DNA from: an uncultured Candidatus Saccharibacteria bacterium
GTDB taxonomy: Bacteria; Patescibacteriota; Minisyncoccia; Phycocordibacterales; UBA918
Length of the DNA stretch: 64,000 nt
Direction: 5' to 3'
Assembly: GCA_964638425.1 (NCBI GenBank)
Contig: CAZWYM010000001.1
Coordinates: 74,441 to 138,440, forward strand
A model generated the notes under the pieces. That model worked only from the letters and a program-made list of their open reading frames with translations, ran no database searches and had not been told where the DNA came from. This document shows, piece after piece, positions 40,895 through 49,413 of this stretch. Position 1 is the first letter of the stretch, and every line of letters begins with the position of its first letter. Both the position numbers and the translations under genes were made by a program.

Positions 40895-42147
40895 TTAAAT
40901 GTTCTCAAGTACGGCGCGCAATTCGTCACGCACGCTATTGAAATCAGATATTCGTGATGACTCAAGTATCTTACCCTTCGGCAGATCGTCACCGAGTGGG
41001 TTGACTGGAGCACCATTTTGAAATAATGCATATTGCAAGTGGGGTCCCGTTGAGATTCCAGTGGACCCTACATACCCGATTATTTCCCCCTGTGTAACCT
41101 GACTGTCGCGCTTCAATTCAGCTGCAACCTTTGAAAGGTGTGCATACTGACTCTTATAACCATTTGCGTGTGTTATCTCAACACTCTTTCCGTATGCATT
41201 GTCTTTCCATCCAGCAAGTGAGACTGTTCCGTCAGCAGTTGCATATACAGGGGTGCCTTCAGGTGCACCATAATCAAGTGCTCGGTGTGGCTGCACAACA
41301 CGAGTCACGGGGTTCACACGACTTTGACTGTATCCAGAGGTAATAGCACCAAACGCGAGAGGTGTCCGCAAAAATGATCGGGCAAGCGCGATTCCTGATT
41401 CGTCATAATACGCTCGTTCATCACCTTCACCAAACAAGAATGCCCAGTAATCTGTATCACCGAGTCGCGCACGTGCAGCGATAATATTTCCATCACCTGC
41501 AGATACACCATTGAGAGAACGCTGTTCGTAGACCATGTCAATCCAGTCACCTTGTGCGACATCAGCAGCAAAGTCAATGTCCCAACTATACAGATCTACC
41601 AGATTCATAATAGTATTGTCACTCACCCCTGATCAAGGGCGTCTAAGTAAAATATTCCTGTAATGGGAACTTTCACGACTCGAGTCGTTACATCGTAGGA
41701 GATTGGCTCTGTCTTTGCCAAAAATCCATCCACGGACCGCTCAATAACGAGTAGGTTCTCTTCGTCGAGAGGATATTCAACCGCAGCGAGTACCTTTTCT
41801 GCAAAAACTACCCTGAGCACACGCCCAACTTGGATCTTGTTGAAGTCATAGATATCTTGTACTGCGTCAAATATTGTGCGTGCATCTTCCTTTTGAACAT
41901 CTAACTCTTCTAACACCGTATAGAATGTGTCATCAGAGCTGATAGGTCGTTCCACGACTTTAATAGTAGACGATGAGACTTCATCACCTCGTGTAGTTTC
42001 TCTAGCGAGAGTAGTTTGTGTGGTAGCATCGGTAGTATATGACAATGGTGATACATCGAACTTTGAGTACACATATCCAAAAATCAGAAACACCACTATC
42101 CCGACAAGAATAATGAGACTGAAATGTGTGCGTTTAATAATTTGCAT
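40895..42147 (-). pseudogene. M23 peptidase split by a 1-bp frameshift at a G4 run (41626-41629)
   Basis: The ORFs join as DQG-VSDNTIM with one extra G; HRALDY, YAHLS, STGPHL motifs. Confidence 0.8.
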
Positions 42148-42790
42148 AATACTTTATAGTTGCCTTTTCGGTGATATCAGCAACCCACTTTTGCGCTTCT
42201 GCCTGAAACTTCTCTTGTTTCAACTGCTCTCCGACTTGGGTTTTTACATCTTCAAGACTTACATCCTTCGGTGGAGTAATTTTATTTTCAGTGATGTACG
42301 CATCTATCTCTTCGGGAGAAACCTGCACTTTCGTTGCCAAGAGTTTCTCAAGCTTTAATTGTGTTTCCAACTGTGCACGCAACTGATCCATAGTCATTCC
42401 CTGTGATGCAAGCGCGTCCTCAAGTGTGCCTCCCTGCGTAGCGACCTGCGCTTCAATTTCCTTTATTTTTGTATCAACGGCACTCGTCTCAATGGTGATT
42501 CCGTTCTTTGCAAGCTCCGTTTCGATAAGTTTTTTATCTACCATTGCCTCAAGCGCTTGTTTGCCGCCTTGCTTTTCAAGTTCCTGTATAAGTGCTAACC
42601 GACTAATGGGACTGCCGTTCACGGTAGCCGCCACAAGAAATCCGTTGGAAAAAAGTAGTGAAAGCACAACAGCGAGAACTGCCGTCCCTAATGCAATTAG
42701 AAGCAATTTAGATTTTTTGAATTTAAAACTCATGTAGCCAGTTTTCTCCTGTGGTACAACTACGGTTTCTGATGCAGTACTGTTTTCCAT
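42134..42790 (-). CDS. SurA N-terminal domain protein
   Basis: TM, VAATVNGSPIS, helical chaperone repeats. Confidence 0.8.
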   Translation of the reverse strand: MENSTASETVVVPQEKTGYMSFKFKKSKLLLIALGTAVLAVVLSLLFSNGFLVAATVNGSPISRLALIQELEKQGGKQALEAMVDKKLIETELAKNGITIETSAVDTKIKEIEAQVATQGGTLEDALASQGMTMDQLRAQLETQLKLEKLLATKVQVSPEEIDAYITENKITPPKDVSLEDVKTQVGEQLKQEKFQAEAQKWVADITEKATIKYYANY

Positions 42791-42804
42791 ATTATGTGTG
42801 ATGA

Positions 42805-43551
42805 TTAGTTTTTAAGAGCCCCCTCTAATATCTTTTTGAAATCTTCATATCCTCTTGGATTTTCTATCTTTTTGCCGTTAAGGAAAAAAGATGGAGTGCC
42901 TTGGATATTTAGCTTTATCCCAGCGTTCCTGTCGCGTTCAATGCGGTCTTTAACCTCCTGTGATAACACGTCTTGCTTAAATTTCTCCATATCAAGGCCA
43001 AGTTGTTGCGCATATTCCTCAAAAATCTTTGGTTCGGGAGTTTTCTTTTCGCCCCATGCACTTTGGTTTTCAAAAACCATATTGTACATTTCCCAATATT
43101 TTCCTTGTTTGCCCGCAGCCTCTACAGCTGATGCGGACGTCATGCTGTTCCTATGGCTCGGAATTGGGAAATATCTGCTGACAAAGGCTACCCTGTCGCC
43201 ATATTCCTCGGTCAGGCGCTTAACAAGAGGGAAATACGCTCCACATGCCTCACATTCAAAATCAAGATACTCCACCAAAGTTACTTTCGATTCTTTGTTT
43301 CCTTTAATCCAATCATCAGTCTTGATGGAAAAAGGGTCACTTGTAGGAGTGGGAAGAGTAGTAGTAGGTTGCAATGACCTAAGTCCAATAATGCCTCCAA
43401 TACTTGCTACCGCAACAAGTGTAATTGCCACTATTTTAATCCATTTTGTAGCCGTCCCTGAATGATGTTGTTGAGTCTTTGCAAGTTGCTTTTCTTGTCG
43501 ACGCAGTTCTCGTCGTTCGCGTTTTGTGAGTTGCTGATTTTTCATGTTCAT
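42805..43551 (-). CDS. DsbA family oxidoreductase
   Basis: EYLDFECEAC, GTPSFFLNG. Confidence 0.9.
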   Translation of the reverse strand: MNMKNQQLTKRERRELRRQEKQLAKTQQHHSGTATKWIKIVAITLVAVASIGGIIGLRSLQPTTTLPTPTSDPFSIKTDDWIKGNKESKVTLVEYLDFECEACGAYFPLVKRLTEEYGDRVAFVSRYFPIPSHRNSMTSASAVEAAGKQGKYWEMYNMVFENQSAWGEKKTPEPKIFEEYAQQLGLDMEKFKQDVLSQEVKDRIERDRNAGIKLNIQGTPSFFLNGKKIENPRGYEDFKKILEGALKN

Positions 43552-43571
43552 GCGTACCTCTGTATGATTAA

Positions 43572-44645
43572 TTATTTTAATTTTCCCGGTTCGACTGCAC
43601 GGTCGTATCTTCGTCCATCAAAAATGATTGTCGGGATTTTAATGGTTTGAATTTGCTCTTCTACAATTAACTTCTGTCGAATGAGACTGGCCTTTACTGT
43701 TTCAGAATTTGACTCTTGTCGGATTTCATTGAGTTGCGATTCCGAATATCCAATATCGATAAGCCATGAAAGAAGTGTATTTTCAGCCTCCGTTGCGGTA
43801 TAGACCGTATTAAATTTAATTTGATACGCCACATTGTCAGAGTCTTTGCCGGTAAAAATCTTTTCTAGTATTTGCCAATCAGTAGGTATGTTCGCGTTCG
43901 CCAACGGGTATCGTTTCATTGCCTCTAAATAACTCGCAATGAGCCACGAGTGTGGAAACCTGTATCCATCAGACTGCATTGAATCGGGTATCGGATATAC
44001 TAAATAGGTAAGATTGTATCTGTCGGCAAACCCTGTTTCTTTGATGTTGCCAAATAATTTTGCGCAAAACTTGCAGCTCGGATCAATGACCTCCAATGCT
44101 GTCGATTTATTTTGGTCGAACGGCTTGTAATAGGTATTTGAATTTACAACAAACTCTTCCGCATTCCATGTTTTTAGTCTGTTTGGAATTCTACTGACGG
44201 TTTCCCCGAATGTGAGTACACCGTCTTTTACCCACGCAATTACATTTCCCTCCTTGAGAGAAAGCCAAAATCCTGGCTTACCAGAAGTTACACCACATCC
44301 TGCACCTGCTAATGAGCACGACTCTGGATTGTTAGGGTTGCAGGTATCGTAGACGAATAGATTGAGACCACTGTTCAGTACCACCACAAGGCTCCATACG
44401 CTCAAAATCACAAAAGCCCATGCAAAAGTATTGGCCCAGCGGTCGATGTACTTGGCCAATCTCGGTCGTGTGAGAATAAATTTTCCCATTAGTCTACTCT
44501 TTATCTCCTCCTGTACACTTATATCGCACGGTTTGAATGTGAGTTTTCGAAGTACGCAACCCCACGCTTTTTTAGCCAGAGTCCGATAGGATGCTGAAAA
44601 GACACCAAGAATTCCAAAAATTACAAATGCAACTATACAAAACAT
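43572..44645 (-). CDS. Cys-rich membrane protein with thioredoxin-like domain
   Basis: TM helices, C..C..C cluster, DPSCKFC, KIPTIIFDG. Confidence 0.7.
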   Translation of the reverse strand: MFCIVAFVIFGILGVFSASYRTLAKKAWGCVLRKLTFKPCDISVQEEIKSRLMGKFILTRPRLAKYIDRWANTFAWAFVILSVWSLVVVLNSGLNLFVYDTCNPNNPESCSLAGAGCGVTSGKPGFWLSLKEGNVIAWVKDGVLTFGETVSRIPNRLKTWNAEEFVVNSNTYYKPFDQNKSTALEVIDPSCKFCAKLFGNIKETGFADRYNLTYLVYPIPDSMQSDGYRFPHSWLIASYLEAMKRYPLANANIPTDWQILEKIFTGKDSDNVAYQIKFNTVYTATEAENTLLSWLIDIGYSESQLNEIRQESNSETVKASLIRQKLIVEEQIQTIKIPTIIFDGRRYDRAVEPGKLK

Positions 44646-44651
44646 AGAAGT

Positions 44652-45860
44652 TTAAGAATGAGCAATTATTGCTTTAAGGATTCCAGTAAATTTTTCAACT
44701 TGTTCCTTGGTATTGTGTAGTCCCAACGAAACTCGCACGAGTGGCGGATGATCTTTTAGGTTTTTCAGATAGTAGTGACAACAAAAGTAACCGCTTCGCA
44801 CCATGATGTTCTGGGATGAAAGAAATATGGCCAAACGATGAGCATCAATTTTTTCAGAATAGAAACTCACAATAGGTGCGGGTTTAGTGTTAACCAGTTT
44901 GATTGTTGGTATTTCAGTCAATGCATCAAACAGGAGCTTAGATACGTTTTCCTGATGGACGTCTTTGTTCTGATTTTCAGGTCGGTAACTTTCATACCAC
45001 TTGATTGCTGCACCTAGGCCGATAATCCCAGCAAAATCTTGCAGACCTATTTCTAGACGACTATGCAGGTCTTCGTCGGATGAAACAAGAGAATAGTTAC
45101 TCAACGCTACATCTTCAACCATTCCACCACCAATAAAATTGATATCCAATTCTTTTACGAGCGAGCGTTTAATAACTATCACGCCAAGACTGGGTCCATA
45201 GAATTTATGACCAGAAAAGAATAGTGCATCAAAGTCACATGCACGCAAAAACTCTTTCTGGTGGCTTATCCCTTGTGCCGCGTCTATAAGGACAATGCCA
45301 CCGTCTTTGTGAGAGTCATTAGCAATATCTTTCAAGTTACATAGTTCTCGGCCGTCGATGTTTGACATGCTATTTAAGACAGCGACTGCTCCTGAAAGAT
45401 TGCTTGGGTCATATTCTAGTGACCCGTCTTCTTTCCGAGGTAAAACTATTCTTGGTATGTGCAACCTTTTTGCAGTCGCAATCGTCGAAAGAAAAACAGA
45501 GTTATGCTCAATCTCGGATGTAACAATCTTTCCGAATTTCGGTGGTAACTGACCAAGAACAAGATTAATGCCGTACGTGGTGTTGAGTGTAAATGCTACG
45601 GTATATTCTGAACTTGACTTGCCCAAAAATGTCAGTATTTGCTTTCTGGTTTCATTAATTTTCTCATCCACCTTGATACCCCAGTCATATTTTACCCGAC
45701 CCCCACAAGCATTGTATGTAAGGAAGTATTCGACCACTGCGTCAACAACTGGTTGAGGTCGCAATGTTTGACAGGCTGAGTCTAGGTATATCAACTTTTC
45801 GTCCAAATACTGAAAACCTTCCACTCCCGTTAACGTTTGACGTGCTTTGAATAACTTCAT
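44652..45860 (-). CDS. Cysteine desulfurase-like (class V aminotransferase)
   Basis: YLDSA, EHNS, DAAQ, SGHK (PLP Lys), RSGYFCC, RVSLG. Confidence 0.88.
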   Translation of the reverse strand: MKLFKARQTLTGVEGFQYLDEKLIYLDSACQTLRPQPVVDAVVEYFLTYNACGGRVKYDWGIKVDEKINETRKQILTFLGKSSSEYTVAFTLNTTYGINLVLGQLPPKFGKIVTSEIEHNSVFLSTIATAKRLHIPRIVLPRKEDGSLEYDPSNLSGAVAVLNSMSNIDGRELCNLKDIANDSHKDGGIVLIDAAQGISHQKEFLRACDFDALFFSGHKFYGPSLGVIVIKRSLVKELDINFIGGGMVEDVALSNYSLVSSDEDLHSRLEIGLQDFAGIIGLGAAIKWYESYRPENQNKDVHQENVSKLLFDALTEIPTIKLVNTKPAPIVSFYSEKIDAHRLAIFLSSQNIMVRSGYFCCHYYLKNLKDHPPLVRVSLGLHNTKEQVEKFTGILKAIIAHS

Positions 45861-45877
45861 ACAAGGTAATGTGCCAC

Positions 45878-46651
45878 TTACTTACTCTGCAGAGCAGCAT
45901 CAATTTGTTGCTTTATTGATGCAAGTGGTTGTGCACCATTTATAGGAGACGTTTTTCCGTTTGGCGCAATGATAATACTCCATGGCGTACCTCTACCACC
46001 TGTCGCAACGGCATTAGCAATTTCACTTTGTATATGCTCGTCATACTTTCCGCTTTGTCGACACGTATTGAATGTACTTGTATTAAGTCCGATTTCACCT
46101 GCAATTTGTGGGATGACTGTTTCGATATCAGTGCGATTATTGCTGAGTGTCAGTTCGAAGTACCTATCAGCGAACTTCCAGAACATATCGTTGCCTCCTT
46201 GCTCGTTTGCGCATTCAGATGCCACCGCTACAGCCTGTGCTTTTACAGGATGTAATTGTTCAAGTGGGAATTGTCTAAATACCCACGCGACGTCACCTGA
46301 AGCTTTGTACGTATCCATAATCTCATTCATCGTATTGTGGAACTGCTTGCAGAAGGGGCATTCGAAATCAGAATATACAACAATTTTCACCGGAGCATCA
46401 GGATTCCCTTTGATATGATCTTTTTCTGTCACTTTCGCCACAGCAGTTGTGTTGTCGGCTTGTTGCTCAATACCTTGCGCGATTGGATTTGTGTTTTTCT
46501 GTGGTGATGTTGATGTTGTACCACCGTTTAAAAGAACCGCACCAGCAATCAATCCACCTGCAATAACTACGGCAATTGGCATGAGATACGGCTGTATCCC
46601 ACGAGTCAGTTTCTGTGTTTGCGATTGTGTTTGTGTATTATTATCGTCCAT
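45878..46651 (-). CDS. DsbA family oxidoreductase
   Basis: YSDFECPFC, RQFPL, GTPW, GAQP. Confidence 0.92.
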   Translation of the reverse strand: MDDNNTQTQSQTQKLTRGIQPYLMPIAVVIAGGLIAGAVLLNGGTTSTSPQKNTNPIAQGIEQQADNTTAVAKVTEKDHIKGNPDAPVKIVVYSDFECPFCKQFHNTMNEIMDTYKASGDVAWVFRQFPLEQLHPVKAQAVAVASECANEQGGNDMFWKFADRYFELTLSNNRTDIETVIPQIAGEIGLNTSTFNTCRQSGKYDEHIQSEIANAVATGGRGTPWSIIIAPNGKTSPINGAQPLASIKQQIDAALQSK

Positions 46652-47027
46652 ACCATTTGTTTAACCACTCTTTCATCAGCGTTATCTCTGATGTTTGAGT
46701 ACTTATAATATCTTCCGCCTCTTTTTTGATTTCAGGTCGCTTTGTCGCAGTGACTACTGCTTTTGCCATATTGACTGCCCCTTCATGGTAGGCAATCATA
46801 CCTTCAAGAAAAGCAATGTCTTGTGCTTCGCCACTTTTTGCTTGCAATTTCTCGGCCGCTTCTGTCAATGTGACGTCCTTCTGCATTTTTCCATACACTT
46901 CAGATGGGGCTGTGGCTTCGGTTAGTGAATCTGTGATGTCTTCTGTATCTGAATCCAACATAAAACCACTCCCAATTCCTACCGTAAATGCCAACACTCC
47001 AATGATACCCACTACTTTTATAGACAT
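46641..47027 (-). CDS. DUF305 ferritin-like protein
   Basis: DIAFLEGMIAYHEGAVNMA...IISTQ..EI..M..W. Confidence 0.85.
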   Translation of the reverse strand: MSIKVVGIIGVLAFTVGIGSGFMLDSDTEDITDSLTEATAPSEVYGKMQKDVTLTEAAEKLQAKSGEAQDIAFLEGMIAYHEGAVNMAKAVVTATKRPEIKKEAEDIISTQTSEITLMKEWLNKWYGR

Positions 47028-47089
47028 ATCTACAAAAAACTACACGGATAATGACTCTCAATATGAAGAGAATCAAATATTCTGTGTAG

Positions 47090-47500
47090 CTAAAAAAGCT
47101 TTGGGTTCAAGATGCCTCTTGAGAAAGATTCCTTGAGATAATTATAGGTGAATTGATTTTGAGTCGGAGAAAAATATTTCCGCAACGATACAATTATGCG
47201 AGGGGGATTGAAAAAATTATGAAGTGCTTTTGAGCCAAAGAATAGCAATAAACAAATGAGAAGCATCAGTGGAAGCGTCTCTGATGTTGCGGTAAACATA
47301 TGTTGCCACGCTTCTATATGCTCGATAGGGTTCATGGTACATACCACCGCAGTTTGATTCATGAGTGGACAACCGAATATGGGCATATCCATAGTGCTCA
47401 TATTTTTTACGTGCCCATACACAAAAAGTAGCGGAACAAAGAAAGAGAGGAGAAAGACTATCCCTATTACTTTTTTTACAAATGATGTCTTAGAAAACAC
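47090..47500 (-). CDS. Small membrane protein with Met/Cys/His-rich loop
   Basis: GCPLM...CTMNPIEHI..WQ; SRGILNPKLF C-terminus. Confidence 0.65.
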   Translation of the reverse strand: MFSKTSFVKKVIGIVFLLSFFVPLLFVYGHVKNMSTMDMPIFGCPLMNQTAVVCTMNPIEHIEAWQHMFTATSETLPLMLLICLLLFFGSKALHNFFNPPRIIVSLRKYFSPTQNQFTYNYLKESFSRGILNPKLF

Positions 47501-47592
47501 TTCATAAGTATAGCAAATAATCTTTAAATTAAAACACGTCTCACTTGAGTTTGTTTTTTAAGAAACAAGGGTGGGTGCTACAATATCTCAAT

Positions 47593-48285
47593 ATGGAGTC
47601 TGTATATGTTGCTGTTGCATTTACAGCTGGTTTGTTACCAGCTCTTTTTTGGTTATGGTTCTGGTTACGTGAAGACAGTTACCATCCAGAACCAAAAAGA
47701 CTGATCGCGTCGGCATTCATAACAGGTATGCTTATTGTTCCACCAGTCCTTTATTTAGAAAAAGAGGCCATGGCACTCTATACCGATAACTCTCTTGTAG
47801 TTGTTTGGGTAATGATTGAGGAAATTTTGAAATATTCCGGTGCACTTATTGTTGTATTATGGAATAGAGCTGTTGATGAGCCGATAGACACCATCATTTA
47901 TATGATTTCTATAGCACTCGGTTTTGCTGCGCTTGAAAATGCACTGTTTATCTTTAATCCACTTTCGTCAGGAGAGTACACCAATGCCCTGATTACAGGA
48001 AGTTTTAGATTTTTGGGATCAACTCTACTCCATACGCTTGCCTCTGGAACTGTCGGAATCTTTATGGCTTTAGCTTTTTACAAGAGAGACTTCATAAAGA
48101 TATTCTTGGCCACATTTGGGCTACTTGTTGCCATTATCTTACATGCATTGTTCAATCTTTTTATAATGGATGCAAGCGGACAAACTGTATTGGTAGTATT
48201 CATGTTTGTGTGGATCGGTATTGTTATTTTAATGCTTTCCTTTGAGATTGCTAAAATGATAGAAAAAAAGCATCGACTGAGCTAG
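47593..48285 (+). CDS. prsW: PrsW family intramembrane protease
   Basis: EEILK, LGFAALEN, H motifs. Confidence 0.9.
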   Translation: MESVYVAVAFTAGLLPALFWLWFWLREDSYHPEPKRLIASAFITGMLIVPPVLYLEKEAMALYTDNSLVVVWVMIEEILKYSGALIVVLWNRAVDEPIDTIIYMISIALGFAALENALFIFNPLSSGEYTNALITGSFRFLGSTLLHTLASGTVGIFMALAFYKRDFIKIFLATFGLLVAIILHALFNLFIMDASGQTVLVVFMFVWIGIVILMLSFEIAKMIEKKHRLS

Positions 48286-48412
48286 TGGCACTAAAAAACC
48301 ATCCAAAAATGGATGGCTTTTTAGTTTGGATACTGCTCTCAGCAGGTATGCCATTTCAGAATAGTCCTCGGGTGGTCTCGACGCGTCTCGTGCGCGATAA
48401 CCTACCTCGAGT

Positions 48413-48486
48413 TGGCTGCCAGACTTGGACTCGAACCAAGATAACATCCTCCAGAGGGATGCGTCCTACCATTAGACGATCTGGCA
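48413..48486 (-). tRNA. tRNA-Gln(CTG)
   Basis: TGCCAGA...CATCC CT CTG GA GGATG...CTTGG TTCGAGT CCAAG TCTGGCA GCCA. Confidence 0.95.
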
Positions 48487-48545
48487 GCGCTTTGAACAAA
48501 CAATATTTTCTTTCAACCGAACGAATGAAGGCTGTATGGTTTCCA

Positions 48546-48573
48546 TACCATTAGACAAGAAGACGAACTGGCA
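48546..48573 (-). pseudogene. 5' remnant of a second tRNA-Gln
   Basis: TGCCAGT TC GTCT[TCTTGTCT]AATGGTA; the acceptor strand pairs with ACTGGCA at 21361-21367. Confidence 0.55.
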
Positions 48574-48722
48574 ATGGAAACGCTCGACGTGGGTCGAGCG
48601 AGAATAGCCTATCATATTTTAGTGAGCTACTCTAGCTCCTATATGGCGGGTTATTAAACTTAGGTGTTATCTGGATTGTCCTGTATACTCCTGTGTCGTT
48701 TAGTAGCTAAGTATATATACAT

Positions 48723-48854
48723 ATGACAGACGAAACTAAAGAAGTAGTCGGAGAAGCGGTTGCTACAGAAACAGAGACTCCAGTTGAAACAGCAGAAGTT
48801 GCTTCTGAGGTTGTAGCTGAAACAGCAGAAGTTGTTGTTGAAAAGGCGGAATAA
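48723..48854 (+). CDS. 43 aa acidic low-complexity peptide (not in the ORF track)
   Basis: MTDETKEVVGEAVATETETPVETAEVASEVVAETAEVVVEKAE*, followed by a terminator. Confidence 0.6.
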   Translation: MTDETKEVVGEAVATETETPVETAEVASEVVAETAEVVVEKAE

Positions 48855-48868
48855 CTTCCGTTTTGCAA

Positions 48869-48906
48869 CGCACGAAAAAACACCCCTTGGGGTGTTTTTT
48901 CGTGCG
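48869..48906. terminator. Bidirectional terminator between convergent genes
   Basis: gcacgaaaaaacacccc-tt-ggggtgtttttcgtgc. Confidence 0.75.
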
Positions 48907-48923
48907 TTCTTTAGTCGTTCCTA

Positions 48924-49196
48924 TTACGCCTTACTCTTCTTGAAACAATCGATACACTTCAAGTTCGATGTATCGCGTGGAGAAAATGGGAGTGAGGTAA
49001 TCGCAGCACTGCATCCACTACACTTCCAGTCACCTTCGAAGCGCGGCTTATCTCCTCCTTGTGTCTTTGGAGCAGTACTTCCCTTTCCCTTTCCGTGACA
49101 GTCGCGACAGAGGAGTCCGTCGGTGCGTCGTGGTTCAAATGGTAATTCAGTAATTGCTGAGTTACATCCGCTACATGTCCAATTTCCTTGATGCAT
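48924..49196 (-). CDS. Tandem CxxC-x17-CxxC zinc-ribbon protein
   Basis: Two W.CSGC..AIT.LPF.PR....L.C.DC repeats. Confidence 0.85.
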   Translation of the reverse strand: MHQGNWTCSGCNSAITELPFEPRRTDGLLCRDCHGKGKGSTAPKTQGGDKPRFEGDWKCSGCSAAITSLPFSPRDTSNLKCIDCFKKSKA

Positions 49197-49291
49197 AATC
49201 TAAACTTATTTCGTAAGTCCTCTAGTATACTCCCCTCCCTGCGATGATACAAAAGTGCCCCTTAATAGGGGCGTAAATACTACTTTTTTTG

Positions 49292-49413
49292 AAAAACTAA
49301 AAAATTGCTTTAGATGCGAGGCAGACAAAGAATTTGAAGTGAAACGTACATAGGTACGGTGAGCTTCAAACTACTGCAGTCTAACGACGCAGATGAAGTG
49401 ATTTTTAGTTTTT
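49292..49413. repeat. Structured intergenic repeat (core E), related to 62618-62740
   Basis: Terminal inverted arms; core cgaggc...tgaaacgtacataggtacggtga. Confidence 0.6.

Larger units (their letters stand above)
21380..48545. mobile_element. Putative ~27 kb genomic island between the 3' and 5' remnants of a tRNA-Gln
   Basis: 3' fragment at 21358-21379 and complementary 5' fragment at 48546-48573; contains a serine recombinase, terminase, defence and metal genes. Confidence 0.45.

Noticed and set aside
41623-41629. TGA readthrough or alternative genetic code
   Set aside because: The two M23 halves are in different frames, and TGA ends intact genes such as hsdR and ligA, so code 11 fits.
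48325-48412. SRP RNA
   Set aside because: It lacks the conserved domain IV motif (CAGG..GNRA..AGCAG).
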